From Candidatus Hydrogenedentota bacterium (lineage in GTDB: Bacteria > Hydrogenedentota > Hydrogenedentia > Hydrogenedentales > SLHB01), in the NCBI GenBank assembly GCA_963745075.1, contig CAVUWV010000033.1, positions 18,451-82,450 on the forward strand: a stretch of 64,000 nucleotides of DNA. The letters run 5' to 3'. Within the stretch, counting starts at the first letter, position 1. Every line of letters starts with the position of its first letter. The notes below the pieces were generated by a model. It saw nothing but the letters and a program-made list of their open reading frames with translations, was not told where the DNA came from and made no database searches. Below are positions 28,976 to 38,445 of the stretch, one piece after another. The position numbers and the translations under genes are program-made.

Positions 28976-30142
28976 ATGGCCAAGAAGAAAGTCAACGTAG
29001 CGATGGTGGGCGCCCAGTTCATGGGTAAGACCCACAGCAACGCCTGGCGCAAGGTCGGGATGTTCTTCGACCTGCCGGTGGAACCCGTCATGAAGGTCAT
29101 GTGCGGAAAGTTCCCCGAAGAGCTGGGCGTTGCCGGAAAGTATGGATGGCAAGAAACCAGCTTGAATTGGAAAGAAGTGGTCAAGCGGGACGATATCGAC
29201 GTGGTCGACATTTGCACGCCCAACGCGCTGCACCTTCCGATCGCCATCGAAGCTGCGAAGGCTGGCAAACACGTCGTCTGTGAGAAGCCCCTGGCGAACA
29301 CCTTGAAAGAGGCCAACCAGATGTTTGCCGCCGTGAAGAAAGCGGGCATTAAGCACATGTGCGGATTCTCGTACCGGTTCGCTCCCGCGGTCGTCACGAT
29401 CAGGAACATGGTCCAGAAAGGCGAACTGGGGGAGATTTTTCATTTCCGCGCCGCCTACCAGCAAGACTGGATCGTGGACCCGGATTTCCCCATGGTGTGG
29501 CGTCTGAAGAAGAAGCACACCGGTTCCGGTGCTTTGGGTGACATTGGCGCGCACATTACCGATTTGTGTCAGTACCTCGTGGGCCCCGTCGACGAAGTGT
29601 GCGGCACCTTGCAGACCTTCATCAAGAAGCGCCGTGTGAGCGACCGGGACACCGGGATTTCGGCGAAGGGCCACAAGACGCGCGGCGCCAAGTACGACAC
29701 CGTGGACGTGGACGACGCGGCGGTATACGTGGGCCGGATCAAGGGCGCCAACACGCTGGCCACGTTCGAAGCGACGCGGTTCGCCCCTGGGCGCCGCAAC
29801 TACAACTCCATCGAGATCTACGGAAGCAAAGGTTCGGTCCTTTGGAACCAGGAAGACATGAACGTGTTCCAATACTTTAACCGAAGCGACCCCAGCCTGC
29901 TCCAAGGGTTCCGCACCGTCCAGGCGACCGATCCCGGCCATCCGTACGCCGATGCGTGGTGGCCCAGCGGACACATCATCGGATATGAGCATTTGTTCGT
30001 GCACGAAATGTACGAATTCCTGTCGAACATCAACAAGAAAGCCGCGCCCTACTCGACCTTCGAAGACGCCGTCGCCTGTCAGAAGGTGCTGGACGCGGTG
30101 GAACGCTCGTCAAAATCTCGCCGGTGGGTCAAAGTTAAATAG
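28976..30142 (+). CDS. Gfo/Idh/MocA oxidoreductase (levoglucosan dehydrogenase-like subfamily)
   Basis: GAQFMGKTHS, CEKPLA, QDW..WR..GSGALGDIGAH, DVDDA, EATR. Confidence 0.88.
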   Translation: MAKKKVNVAMVGAQFMGKTHSNAWRKVGMFFDLPVEPVMKVMCGKFPEELGVAGKYGWQETSLNWKEVVKRDDIDVVDICTPNALHLPIAIEAAKAGKHVVCEKPLANTLKEANQMFAAVKKAGIKHMCGFSYRFAPAVVTIRNMVQKGELGEIFHFRAAYQQDWIVDPDFPMVWRLKKKHTGSGALGDIGAHITDLCQYLVGPVDEVCGTLQTFIKKRRVSDRDTGISAKGHKTRGAKYDTVDVDDAAVYVGRIKGANTLATFEATRFAPGRRNYNSIEIYGSKGSVLWNQEDMNVFQYFNRSDPSLLQGFRTVQATDPGHPYADAWWPSGHIIGYEHLFVHEMYEFLSNINKKAAPYSTFEDAVACQKVLDAVERSSKSRRWVKVK

Positions 30143-30207
30143 CGCGGGGATTGTATTGACCGTCCCTTCACGGATTTATGGGGAACTAGGAACGGGAGGA
30201 GAACATC

Positions 30208-31170
30208 ATGAAACTCGGTTTACTTACGGTTATGTTCAGTGACAAGCCCTTGAAAGAGGTCTTGGACATCATACGTCCGTTGGAAGTGCAAACCGTCGAG
30301 CTGGGCGCCGGGAATTATCCCGGTGACGCGCACTGCAACCTGAAAGAGTTGCTCGCGTCGAAACCCAAGCGAGAAGAATTAAACGCCATGCTCAAGGGTG
30401 AAGGCCTCGAGATCAGCGCCCTGAGCTGCCACGGAAACTGTCTGCATCCAAATCCCGCTATCGGAAAGAAGCACGCGGAGGTGCAGTCCAACACCATCAA
30501 GCTCGCCGGGCTGCTCGGCGTGAAGGTGGTCAACGACTTTTCGGGATGTCCGGGATCGGATGAGAAGGCTACCAGGCCCAGTTGGGTGACCTGCCCCTGG
30601 CCGCCGGACTATCTTGAAGCCTTGGAGTGGCAATGGGACAAGAAGGTCATCCCGTACTGGAAGAAGCAGGCCAAATTCGCCGCCGATAACGGTGTGAAAG
30701 TGGCTTTCGAGGCCCACCCGGGCTTTGTGGTGTACAACCCGGAGACGGTGCTGAAGTTGCGCAAGGCTTGCGGCAACAGTCTCGGCGCGAACTTCGATCC
30801 CAGCCACTTCTTCTGGCAGGGTATCGAGCCCATCGAAGCGGTACGCGCCTTGGGTAAAGCGATATTCCACGTCCACGCCAAGGACTCGAAAGTGTATGAA
30901 GAAAACGCGCGGGTCAACGGCGTGCTCGATGTCAAACATTATGGCGACGAAATCAATCGCAGTTGGATTTTCCGTACCTGCGGCTACGGCCACCCGCAGA
31001 TCTGGTGGAACGAGTTTATCTCGACCCTGCGCATGGTCGGTTACGACGGCGCCGTCTCCATCGAGCATGAGGACTCGCTCATGTCGCGCATGGAAGGGCT
31101 CAAGAAGGCCGTCGCCATGTTGAAGCAGTCGGTAATGTTCGAGAAGACCACGGCCATTACGTGGGCGTAG
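30208..31170 (+). CDS. Sugar phosphate isomerase/epimerase (xylose isomerase-like TIM barrel)
   Basis: ELGAGNYPG, FEAHPGF, NFDPSHFFWQG, HVHAKD, SIEHED. Confidence 0.9.
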   Translation: MKLGLLTVMFSDKPLKEVLDIIRPLEVQTVELGAGNYPGDAHCNLKELLASKPKREELNAMLKGEGLEISALSCHGNCLHPNPAIGKKHAEVQSNTIKLAGLLGVKVVNDFSGCPGSDEKATRPSWVTCPWPPDYLEALEWQWDKKVIPYWKKQAKFAADNGVKVAFEAHPGFVVYNPETVLKLRKACGNSLGANFDPSHFFWQGIEPIEAVRALGKAIFHVHAKDSKVYEENARVNGVLDVKHYGDEINRSWIFRTCGYGHPQIWWNEFISTLRMVGYDGAVSIEHEDSLMSRMEGLKKAVAMLKQSVMFEKTTAITWA

Positions 31171-31189
31171 GAACCCAACAACGCATCTG

Positions 31190-31226
31190 GGGTCGTCGCC
31201 GTCGGGCGGCGGCCCTTCTTACTTTT
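31190..31226 (+). terminator. Rho-independent terminator
   Basis: gggtcgtcgcc-gtcg-ggcggcggccc followed by ttcttactttt. Confidence 0.65.
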
Positions 31227-31250
31227 CCCCTGGTGGATGAGGACACGTTG

Positions 31251-32792
31251 ATGCCGAACTATGCGGTTGCGCTCCTGTTTGGATTTCTTTTCCTGCCGAT
31301 CGGCGGTTTGACTTGCGCGGCCGAGCCGGAAACCCTTGCGCAGAATCGCGGGTCGATATTCAATTCCCAGCCTCCGTCACAGCCCGATCCCGCGCCTTTG
31401 CCCTCTCCGAAGAAAGGCCGAAACGCGGCGCCGCCCTCCGCATGGCCTGCTGGTTTGAACGGGTATTTCAATTCCAACCTCGACAATCCAACGCCCGACC
31501 AGGTCATGGCCACCGTGGCCGCGCAGTTAAACCGCCAGACCCTGGACAATGTCCCCCCCGATGACGCGTACGAACACTTCTCGGATTGGTTGAAGCGGTT
31601 CCGCAAGACGCTGCCCAAGCATGAAGTCGAGACGGAGGTGGTTGATGGGTTCTATCGAAACCTTGCGCGCTGGGTGGAGCTTGAAGCCAAGTTCACGGCA
31701 GACTCCGACCGATCGGTTCTCAAGGATTTGGTCGATCTGGTGCGCGAACAGACGGAAATGGACCCCACGTACGACCCCGAACGCCGCGACCAGATCATCA
31801 GCACGATCGAAGACCAGGGATTTTTCGTGCCGTCCGGGATCTTGTTCGGATTTTCGGTTCTGCCGTTTCGCGCGATGAACGTGCCCCGGGGGTTCGGCCT
31901 GTTCGAAGTGCTCGGGTCGCCGGGATTCTCCGATACGGCAGGCCGGGCGCAAGCGTTGTTCGATTTCCTGCAATGTCCGGGACCAGTCTACCGAATCGAC
32001 TTTGACACCGTAAGCGCAAAACGGTTTGCGGCCGAGATGGGCGATGACGAGGCGCTGCTCGAACCCGTCAAGGGTGCGGTCTATTCGGGACCGACCGGCG
32101 TGCGGGGCCCCGCGCTTTTTCAATCCCCCGAGAGCGCGCGCTATCTTCGCGTGACCATAGAATCCGACAAGCAATCCGCCGTACTGCGGAATCTCCGCGT
32201 CTTTGCTCTAAAGGAGCCGCCGGCCGCGATCTGCTCGACGGTGGCGAGCGGTCCCGAGTTGGACGCCTCGTTCAAGGAAGCGTGCTGGCCGCGGACTGCG
32301 CAGATTCAGGGGTTTATTAGTCCGGAGAATGGCGCGTTTGCCGAGGCGCAGACCACGGTCCGCGTCTGCCGTACGGACGATGCGCTGTACGTGGGCGTCT
32401 ACGCCCGCGAACCGCGCATGGATACGCTGGTCGCGAAAATGGAGGCGCGTGACGCACCCCTCGCATCGGAGGAATCCGTCGAGCTGGTCATCGAGGCCGT
32501 TGGCAAACCGGTGTGCCGTTTCGCCACCAATCCCCGTGGCGCACAGTTCGATTCACGCGACGGCGATGCCCAGTGGGACGGTTCCTGGCGGGTCGCGTGC
32601 AAGACGTATCCGACGGGGTGGGCCGCGGAGTTTGCCATTCCGTTCGAGGATTTTGGCGGTCCGCCTGCGGTGGGCAAGGACTGGGTGATGAACTGCATCC
32701 GGAACCGCCGTAACGTGCGGGACGAGCGATCGGTCTGGGCGTACACTGTGGAACGCCGCGAAGAAGCGACGGGCAGTCTGTTATTCGATTGA
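31251..32792 (+). CDS. Secreted protein with C-terminal CBM9-like sugar-binding domain
   Basis: Signal peptide; TTVRVCRTDDALYVGV..ESVEL..NPRGAQFD..W.AEFAIPF. Confidence 0.7.
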   Translation: MPNYAVALLFGFLFLPIGGLTCAAEPETLAQNRGSIFNSQPPSQPDPAPLPSPKKGRNAAPPSAWPAGLNGYFNSNLDNPTPDQVMATVAAQLNRQTLDNVPPDDAYEHFSDWLKRFRKTLPKHEVETEVVDGFYRNLARWVELEAKFTADSDRSVLKDLVDLVREQTEMDPTYDPERRDQIISTIEDQGFFVPSGILFGFSVLPFRAMNVPRGFGLFEVLGSPGFSDTAGRAQALFDFLQCPGPVYRIDFDTVSAKRFAAEMGDDEALLEPVKGAVYSGPTGVRGPALFQSPESARYLRVTIESDKQSAVLRNLRVFALKEPPAAICSTVASGPELDASFKEACWPRTAQIQGFISPENGAFAEAQTTVRVCRTDDALYVGVYAREPRMDTLVAKMEARDAPLASEESVELVIEAVGKPVCRFATNPRGAQFDSRDGDAQWDGSWRVACKTYPTGWAAEFAIPFEDFGGPPAVGKDWVMNCIRNRRNVRDERSVWAYTVERREEATGSLLFD

Positions 32793-32878
32793 CGTGAGAC
32801 AGCTTGACTCGCTCGCGTACCGTTCGATTCAATATCCGAATGAGAATCCGACGGCGATTCAAGGGGAGGAGGACTCAA

Positions 32879-33850
32879 ATGCGGGCATTGATGGTAGACG
32901 GCGACGCAAAGCTGGTGGACCTTCCTCATCCTGAACCCGGCCCGGGTGAAGCGTTGGTCCGAGTAGCGGTGGCTGGCGTCTGCAATACGGATATCGAAAT
33001 CCTGAACGGCTACATGGGATTCAAAGGCGTTCTCGGGCACGAGTTCGTCGGCGTAGTTGAACAGTCGGAGAATGAACATCTCGTCGGCCGGCGGGTGGTG
33101 GGGGAGATCAATTGCGTGTGCCGCACCTGCCACTACTGCAAGCTCGACATGCCCCATCACTGCCTCAACCGAACGGTGCTTGGCATTCTCAATCGTAACG
33201 GCGCTTTCGCCGAGTACCTCACCCTTCCGGAAATGAACCTGCACCTCGTTCCGGATGGGATGGCGAATGAAGTCGCCGTGTTTACCGAACCGACCGCCGC
33301 AGCGTTTCGCATTATGGAACAACTCGAAATCACCCCTAACGACCGGGTCGTCGTACTCGGCGCCGGTAAGCTCGGGCAGTTGATCGCGCAGGTGCTCTGG
33401 TTGCGCACGAAGAAGTTGGTCTGCGTCGGGCGCAGCGCCTGGAAACTCGACCTGCTCAATCGCCTCCACATCCGCACCGCGCACAAGGACGAACCCGTGG
33501 AACCCGGCGCGGATATCGTGGTCGAAGCGACAGGCTCGCCGGAGGGGCTCGCGCGCGCGTTGGAACTTGTGCGCCCCGAAGGGACCATCGTGCTCAAGAC
33601 GACGGTGGCGGGAGACACGTGTGTCGACATGAGCTTGCCCGTGATCAACGAGGTGAAAATCATCGGGTCGCGGTGTGGTCCTTTCCGGCCCGCACTCGAG
33701 GCCCTTGCCCTCGGCAACGTGGAAGTCAGGCAGATGGTTTCCGAAACCTACGACCTCCAGGATGGCGTCGAGGCGTTGAACCGGGCCACCGCCCGAGATG
33801 TAATGAAAGTATTGCTGCGCATGGAGCCCGTGCCGGCGGTTTCCGGGTAG
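32879..33850 (+). CDS. Zn-dependent alcohol dehydrogenase (MDR family)
   Basis: GVCNTD, GHEFVG, CRTCHYC..HC, GAGKLG, GSRCGPF. Confidence 0.92.
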   Translation: MRALMVDGDAKLVDLPHPEPGPGEALVRVAVAGVCNTDIEILNGYMGFKGVLGHEFVGVVEQSENEHLVGRRVVGEINCVCRTCHYCKLDMPHHCLNRTVLGILNRNGAFAEYLTLPEMNLHLVPDGMANEVAVFTEPTAAAFRIMEQLEITPNDRVVVLGAGKLGQLIAQVLWLRTKKLVCVGRSAWKLDLLNRLHIRTAHKDEPVEPGADIVVEATGSPEGLARALELVRPEGTIVLKTTVAGDTCVDMSLPVINEVKIIGSRCGPFRPALEALALGNVEVRQMVSETYDLQDGVEALNRATARDVMKVLLRMEPVPAVSG

Positions 33851-33912
33851 CTGAGGCAGGGAACGATTTGACGTAGGGAGTAATTGCGGACCTTTTAGAG
33901 TCACTCCGCTCA

Positions 33913-34050
33913 CTCCTCGTGTTCGTAATCGTGCTCGAAGTAGCGACCGTTGGCTATCTTCACAGGATCGCATCAAGTCAGTGCTTACACTGTCCCGAAA
34001 CGTCGCCGCTCCATTCGATTGCGATAACGATAACGATTACGATTACGAAC
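33913..34050. repeat. 6-bp periodic repeats in inverted arrangement
   Basis: ctcgtg ttcgta atcgtg ctcg near 33916-33937; cgattg cgataa cgataa cgatta cgatta cgaac near 34016-34050. Confidence 0.7.
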
Positions 34051-34119
34051 AAAAGACCAAAGTGAGAATTCGATTGTGGTAGCGAGTGTGAAATACAACG
34101 CAGGAAGGAATCATACGCC

Positions 34120-34953
34120 ATGAAAGTGGGAATCCTGACCGTTCCCTTCGTGAAAGAGAATCTTGAGACCGTGCTCGACTTCGCCGAGGACTCGGGCATC
34201 CCATGCCTCGAAATCACGGCCCATCCCGGCAGCAAGCACATCGATCCCGCTAGGCTGACCCCGGCGAAGGCCGCCAAGATCAACGAGGCGTTGGGCGAGC
34301 GCGGACTGGAAATCACCAGTCTCGCGTATTACACCGTGGACATCACCAACCCGAAACTGACGAAGAAAGTGCAAGCGCACACCATGAAGGTGATCGACGC
34401 GGCGGCGATGCTCGGCGTCGACACCGTCTGCACGCTGGCCGGGTTCCCGGCCGAAGGGATGAGCAAGATCGAGACGATCCGCAAGGTGCTGCCGAAGGCC
34501 TTCAGGCCGATCCTGGCCCACGCGCGCAAGAAGAAGGTGAACATCGCGTTGGAGAACTATTTCGAGACCTGTCTGCAAGGGCTCGACACTTTTGAAGCCA
34601 TGTTCGCCGCGATTCCCGACAAGAACTTCGGTCTCAACTACGATCCCTCGCACCTCTATCATCAGGAATGCGACCACTTGGTTCCCGTGACGCAGTTCAA
34701 GGACCGTATCTTTCACACCCACGCCAAAGACACGCTCGTGGATAAGGCCAAGCGCGCCCACGTCGGCGTCTATGGCAAAGGCTGGTGGCGCTACGTCATC
34801 CCCGGATTCGGCAACATCAACTGGGGCGAATACGTCAGCCATCTCCGCGCCAACGGCTACGACGGGGTCATGAGCATCGAACACGAAGACGACACCCAAA
34901 CCCGTGAAGAAGGCTTCATGCGCGGCGCCTGGTTCCTCGAACAGTTCTGCTGA
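34120..34953 (+). CDS. Sugar phosphate isomerase/epimerase (TIM barrel)
   Basis: ALEN, NYDPSHL, FHTHAKD, PGFGNINW, SIEHED. Confidence 0.9.
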   Translation: MKVGILTVPFVKENLETVLDFAEDSGIPCLEITAHPGSKHIDPARLTPAKAAKINEALGERGLEITSLAYYTVDITNPKLTKKVQAHTMKVIDAAAMLGVDTVCTLAGFPAEGMSKIETIRKVLPKAFRPILAHARKKKVNIALENYFETCLQGLDTFEAMFAAIPDKNFGLNYDPSHLYHQECDHLVPVTQFKDRIFHTHAKDTLVDKAKRAHVGVYGKGWWRYVIPGFGNINWGEYVSHLRANGYDGVMSIEHEDDTQTREEGFMRGAWFLEQFC

Positions 34954-34985
34954 GCCGAAAGCTTCGCATCGGGCGGCAATTCCGA

Positions 34986-35015
34986 TTGACAGCTACGGTA
35001 TGCATACCTTATGCT
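34986..35015 (+). promoter_or_regulatory. Sigma70 promoter with palindromic operator
   Basis: TTGACA-18 bp-TATGCT; spacer contains the perfect palindrome GGTATGCATACC (34997-35008). Confidence 0.6.
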
Positions 35016-35103
35016 TGCAGTAGGTGCATAGACTTGCGATGGGCCGTTGGTGCGGACGGCGCGTAAAGTGGCAGGGGTTGCCACGGTGCAGTGAGGTTCC
35101 TAA

Positions 35104-35772
35104 ATGGAAACCGTGTATCTGATTTGCTTCGCTGCGGGGGCCACGGTTCTCGTCATCCAGTTTCTCATGACCCTTATCGGCTTCGATATGGATCACGACG
35201 TCGATGCCGGGCACATCGAACTCGACGCGGGGCACGGAGACATCGACGTGGCGGACACGGATGCGGGCGGCGACGTCGTCGACGTATCCGGGGATCATGA
35301 TGTAGACGCGCACGTCGATGGACACGGCCACGCGCATGAGGCAGGCTCATCCTTCTTCCGGATGCTCAGCATCCGCGCGTTGACGGCGGCCTGCGCATTC
35401 TTCGGCTTGGGTGGGCTCGGCGCGAACAGCATGGGCTGGCCCCTCCTCATCAGTCTTCCCATCGCGATCGTCGCCGGATTCATTGCCATGTACATCGTGG
35501 CCTGGATCATGCGCGTTCTGTACGGCCTTCGCTCCGAAGGCAACGTCTATATCGAATGCGCCCTGGGCAGCCCCGGTACCGTGTACCTGGCGATCCCGGG
35601 TGAAGATGCCGGTGTCGGGAAAGTTCTGGTGAAAGTGCAGGACCGCACGATGGAGTACGACGCGCGAAGCACGCACGGGCCGTTGGCGACCGGTACACCG
35701 GTGGTTGTCGTGGATGTCATCGATTCGAACACGGTGCAAGTGGAGTCTGTTGAAAATTTTGAAGGGAATTAG
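35104..35772 (+). CDS. NfeD-like membrane protein (YuaF/YqiJ type)
   Basis: TM, Asp/His-rich linker, TMs, C-terminal OB-fold GTVYLAIPG..G.V.V; directly upstream of flotillin. Confidence 0.82.
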   Translation: METVYLICFAAGATVLVIQFLMTLIGFDMDHDVDAGHIELDAGHGDIDVADTDAGGDVVDVSGDHDVDAHVDGHGHAHEAGSSFFRMLSIRALTAACAFFGLGGLGANSMGWPLLISLPIAIVAGFIAMYIVAWIMRVLYGLRSEGNVYIECALGSPGTVYLAIPGEDAGVGKVLVKVQDRTMEYDARSTHGPLATGTPVVVVDVIDSNTVQVESVENFEGN

Positions 35773-35774
35773 CC

Positions 35775-37481
35775 ATGGACCTCCCGATTATTCTCGTTGC
35801 GACCATTCTTGTTGTCGGCATTGGATTCCTGAGCCTGATTCTCCTACTCGCAAGCCGGTACAAGCGCTGCCCGAGTAACCGCGTCCTGGTCATCTACGGT
35901 AAAGTCCGCACCGGAGACGCGGCCAAGTGCGTCCATGGCGGCGCGGCCTTCGTCATTCCATTGCTCCAGGAACATGCCTATCTCAGCCTCGAACCCATGC
36001 AAATCGAGATTCCGCTGAAGGACGCGCTTTCCTTCGAGAACATCCGCGTGAGCGTGCCCAGCGTGTTCACGGTTGCCGTCGGCACGCAGCCCGAGTTTAT
36101 GCAGAACGCGGCCATTCGCTTGCTCGGGCTCAACACCGTGCAACTCAAGAAGCAGGCGGAAGATATCATCCTCGGCCAATTGCGTCAGGTGATCGCTTCC
36201 ATGAGCATCGAAGAGATCAACCGGGACCGCGAGAAATTCCTGCACAACATCCAGAATTCGCTGGAACCGGAACTACGGAAGATTGGTCTCGTGCTTATCA
36301 ACGTGAACATTACGGACATCACCGACGAGTCCGGCTACATCGAAGCCATCGGACAGAAAGCCGCATCTCAGGCGGTGCAACAGGCCCGTGGCGACGTCGC
36401 CGATGAGGTCAAGCAGGGTGAAGTCCACGTTGCCCAGGCGGAACGGGACAAGGAAATCCAGGTCGCCAACGCGACCAAGCAGCGAAACATCGGTATCCGC
36501 GAAGCGCAGCGCGAGCAGGCGGTGCGCGTGGCGGAATTGAACAAAGAACAACAGGTCGGCGAACAGCAGGCCGCGTTCCAGCGCGAAGTACAGGTCAAAG
36601 ATGCGGAACGTGAGAAGCGCACGTCCGTGGCCGAGGCGGAAGCATTGGCCGTCCGCGGCGAAAAGGAGGCGGAGCGCAATCGCCGGGTCTCGGTGGCCCA
36701 GGCCGAAGCTGAAGCCGTGACCGGGGAAAACCTGTCCCAGGCCGCTATCGCTGCGTCGGAAGCAGAGCTCCAGGTGAAACGCGCCGAGGCCTACCAAGTC
36801 GGTGAAACCAAGCGCCGGGAAGCGGAAGCCGCGGTGCAGGAGGCGCAGAACAGAGCCATGGCGAAGGCGGCCCTCGCCGAAGCGGAACTGGTCGAAGCCC
36901 AGCGTCGCGCTCAGCTGGAAGCGCCCGCGAAGGCGCAAAAGGCCCAGACCATCGTCGAGGCCGAAGCCGCCGCTGAAAAGCGCCGCATCGAAGCCGAGGG
37001 TGACGCCAAGGCCATCTTCGCCAAGCTCGATGCTGAAGCCCGCGGGCAATACGAAATCCTGGCCAAGAAGGGTGAAGGTCTCCAACGCATCGTCGAGTCC
37101 TGCGGCGGCAGTCACGAAGCCTTCCAAATGCTCATGCTCGAGCACCTCGACAAGCTCGCCGAAACCGCCGCGACCGCCATCTCGAACATCAAGTTCGACA
37201 AGGTCATCGTCTGGGAAGGCGCTGGTCAGAACGGCAGCAGCACCGCCAACTTCATCCAGGGCATGGCTCGCACGTTGCCGCCTATGCTCCAAGTCATGCG
37301 CGATATCGGCGGCATCGAACTCCCCGAATCCCTCATCAAACTCACCACCGAAGCCGACGAAGGCGACGGAAAGTCCGCCGTCGCCGGCGGCCCCGCCAAA
37401 GCCACCGCCGGTGCCCCACCCCGAAAGGCTCCACCCCCTCCGCCGCCTCCACCGCCGCCGAGAAAGCCGGAGGAGAAGTAG
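35775..37481 (+). CDS. Flotillin (SPFH domain) protein
   Basis: RYKRCPSNRVLVIYG, GGAAFVIP, GQLRQVIASM, AEAE coiled-coil repeats, Pro-rich tail. Confidence 0.92.
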   Translation: MDLPIILVATILVVGIGFLSLILLLASRYKRCPSNRVLVIYGKVRTGDAAKCVHGGAAFVIPLLQEHAYLSLEPMQIEIPLKDALSFENIRVSVPSVFTVAVGTQPEFMQNAAIRLLGLNTVQLKKQAEDIILGQLRQVIASMSIEEINRDREKFLHNIQNSLEPELRKIGLVLINVNITDITDESGYIEAIGQKAASQAVQQARGDVADEVKQGEVHVAQAERDKEIQVANATKQRNIGIREAQREQAVRVAELNKEQQVGEQQAAFQREVQVKDAEREKRTSVAEAEALAVRGEKEAERNRRVSVAQAEAEAVTGENLSQAAIAASEAELQVKRAEAYQVGETKRREAEAAVQEAQNRAMAKAALAEAELVEAQRRAQLEAPAKAQKAQTIVEAEAAAEKRRIEAEGDAKAIFAKLDAEARGQYEILAKKGEGLQRIVESCGGSHEAFQMLMLEHLDKLAETAATAISNIKFDKVIVWEGAGQNGSSTANFIQGMARTLPPMLQVMRDIGGIELPESLIKLTTEADEGDGKSAVAGGPAKATAGAPPRKAPPPPPPPPPPRKPEEK

Positions 37482-37533
37482 GGGGCGGGTAGAGGGCGAA
37501 GCCCGATGCCCAATGCAACGAAGAGGGAAACCC

Positions 37534-37693
37534 TTTGGAGTGCGGCCGCTTGCGGCTGCTTTTCTTAGGGGCCGTTTTGATGAACCTAATTCTACAGAGA
37601 CACGTGAGTTTCGCCGTGCGCGCTTGTCCGCCAATCACAGCCTCGCAGGCAAGCCTGTTCGGTGAAAGCAGCCGCAAGCGGCCGCACTCCAAA
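37534..37693. repeat. REPIN (REP doublet) left of RAYT
   Basis: tttggagtgcggccgcttgcggctgcttt at 37534 and its reverse complement at 37665-37693. Confidence 0.88.
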
Positions 37694-37701
37694 GGGGCGT
37701 C

Positions 37702-38259
37702 ATGAGTCATTGTGATCCCGACACAACGTTTTCTGACTGGCCCCACGCCCCTTCGCACTTGTTTGTCCCGAACGCCACGTATTTCGTTACTGCCGGGACG
37801 TATCAAAAGCCGATGCTGTTCAACACGCCCGAGTAACGGGATTTCCTGTTGAAGTCCTTGTTCAAAGAGGCGATCTCCTTTAGCTGGCAGCTGGAAGCAT
37901 GGGCAGTCATGGCAAATCACTATCACTTCGTCGCCTGCGCACCGGAAGACGCGGATAGCCTCAAGCCAATGCTGAACGCGCTTCATTCCAGAACGGCCAT
38001 TTGGTTGAACAAACAGGACGGCAAACCCGGACGCAAAGTCTGGTACCGTTATCGCGACACGTGTCTCACCTATCAGAAGAGCTACCTCGCACGCTTGAAC
38101 TACACGCACCACAATCCTGTCAAGCACGGCTTGGTCACAACGGCTGAAGACTATCCGTGGTGTTCCATGGGGTGGTTTCTTCGCGAAGCGGTTCCCAAGT
38201 TTCGAGATATGGTGCTTTCGTTCGGACACGACCGGATCAACATACAAGACGATTTCTAG
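37702..38259 (+). pseudogene. REP-associated tyrosine transposase (RAYT/TnpA-REP) with in-frame TAA at 37834
   Basis: HAPSH..YFVTAGT..PE*RD..WAVMANHYH (HUH)..VW..Y.D..YTHHNPVKHGLV..YPWCS. Confidence 0.88.
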
Positions 38260-38261
38260 TA

Positions 38262-38418
38262 TGGAGTGCGGCCGCTTGCGGCTGCTTTCACTGAGCAGGC
38301 TTGCCTGCGACGCCATGACTGGCGAACGATCGTACACGGCAACACTCGCTTATCTTCGTAAAACTCGGTTTATCAAAACCATTCGAAGAAAAGCAGCCGC
38401 AAGCGGCCGCACTCCAAA
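38262..38418. repeat. REPIN (REP doublet) right of RAYT
   Basis: tggagtgcggccgcttgcggctgcttt at 38262 and its reverse complement at 38389-38418; spacer is an inverted homolog of the left REPIN spacer. Confidence 0.88.
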
Positions 38419-38445
38419 GTTGCGATTGGCGACTGGAAGGCGGGT

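Noticed and set aside
37834..37836. Programmed readthrough in RAYT
   Set aside because: The stop is TAA, not a Sec/Pyl codon; a nonsense mutation or base error is simpler
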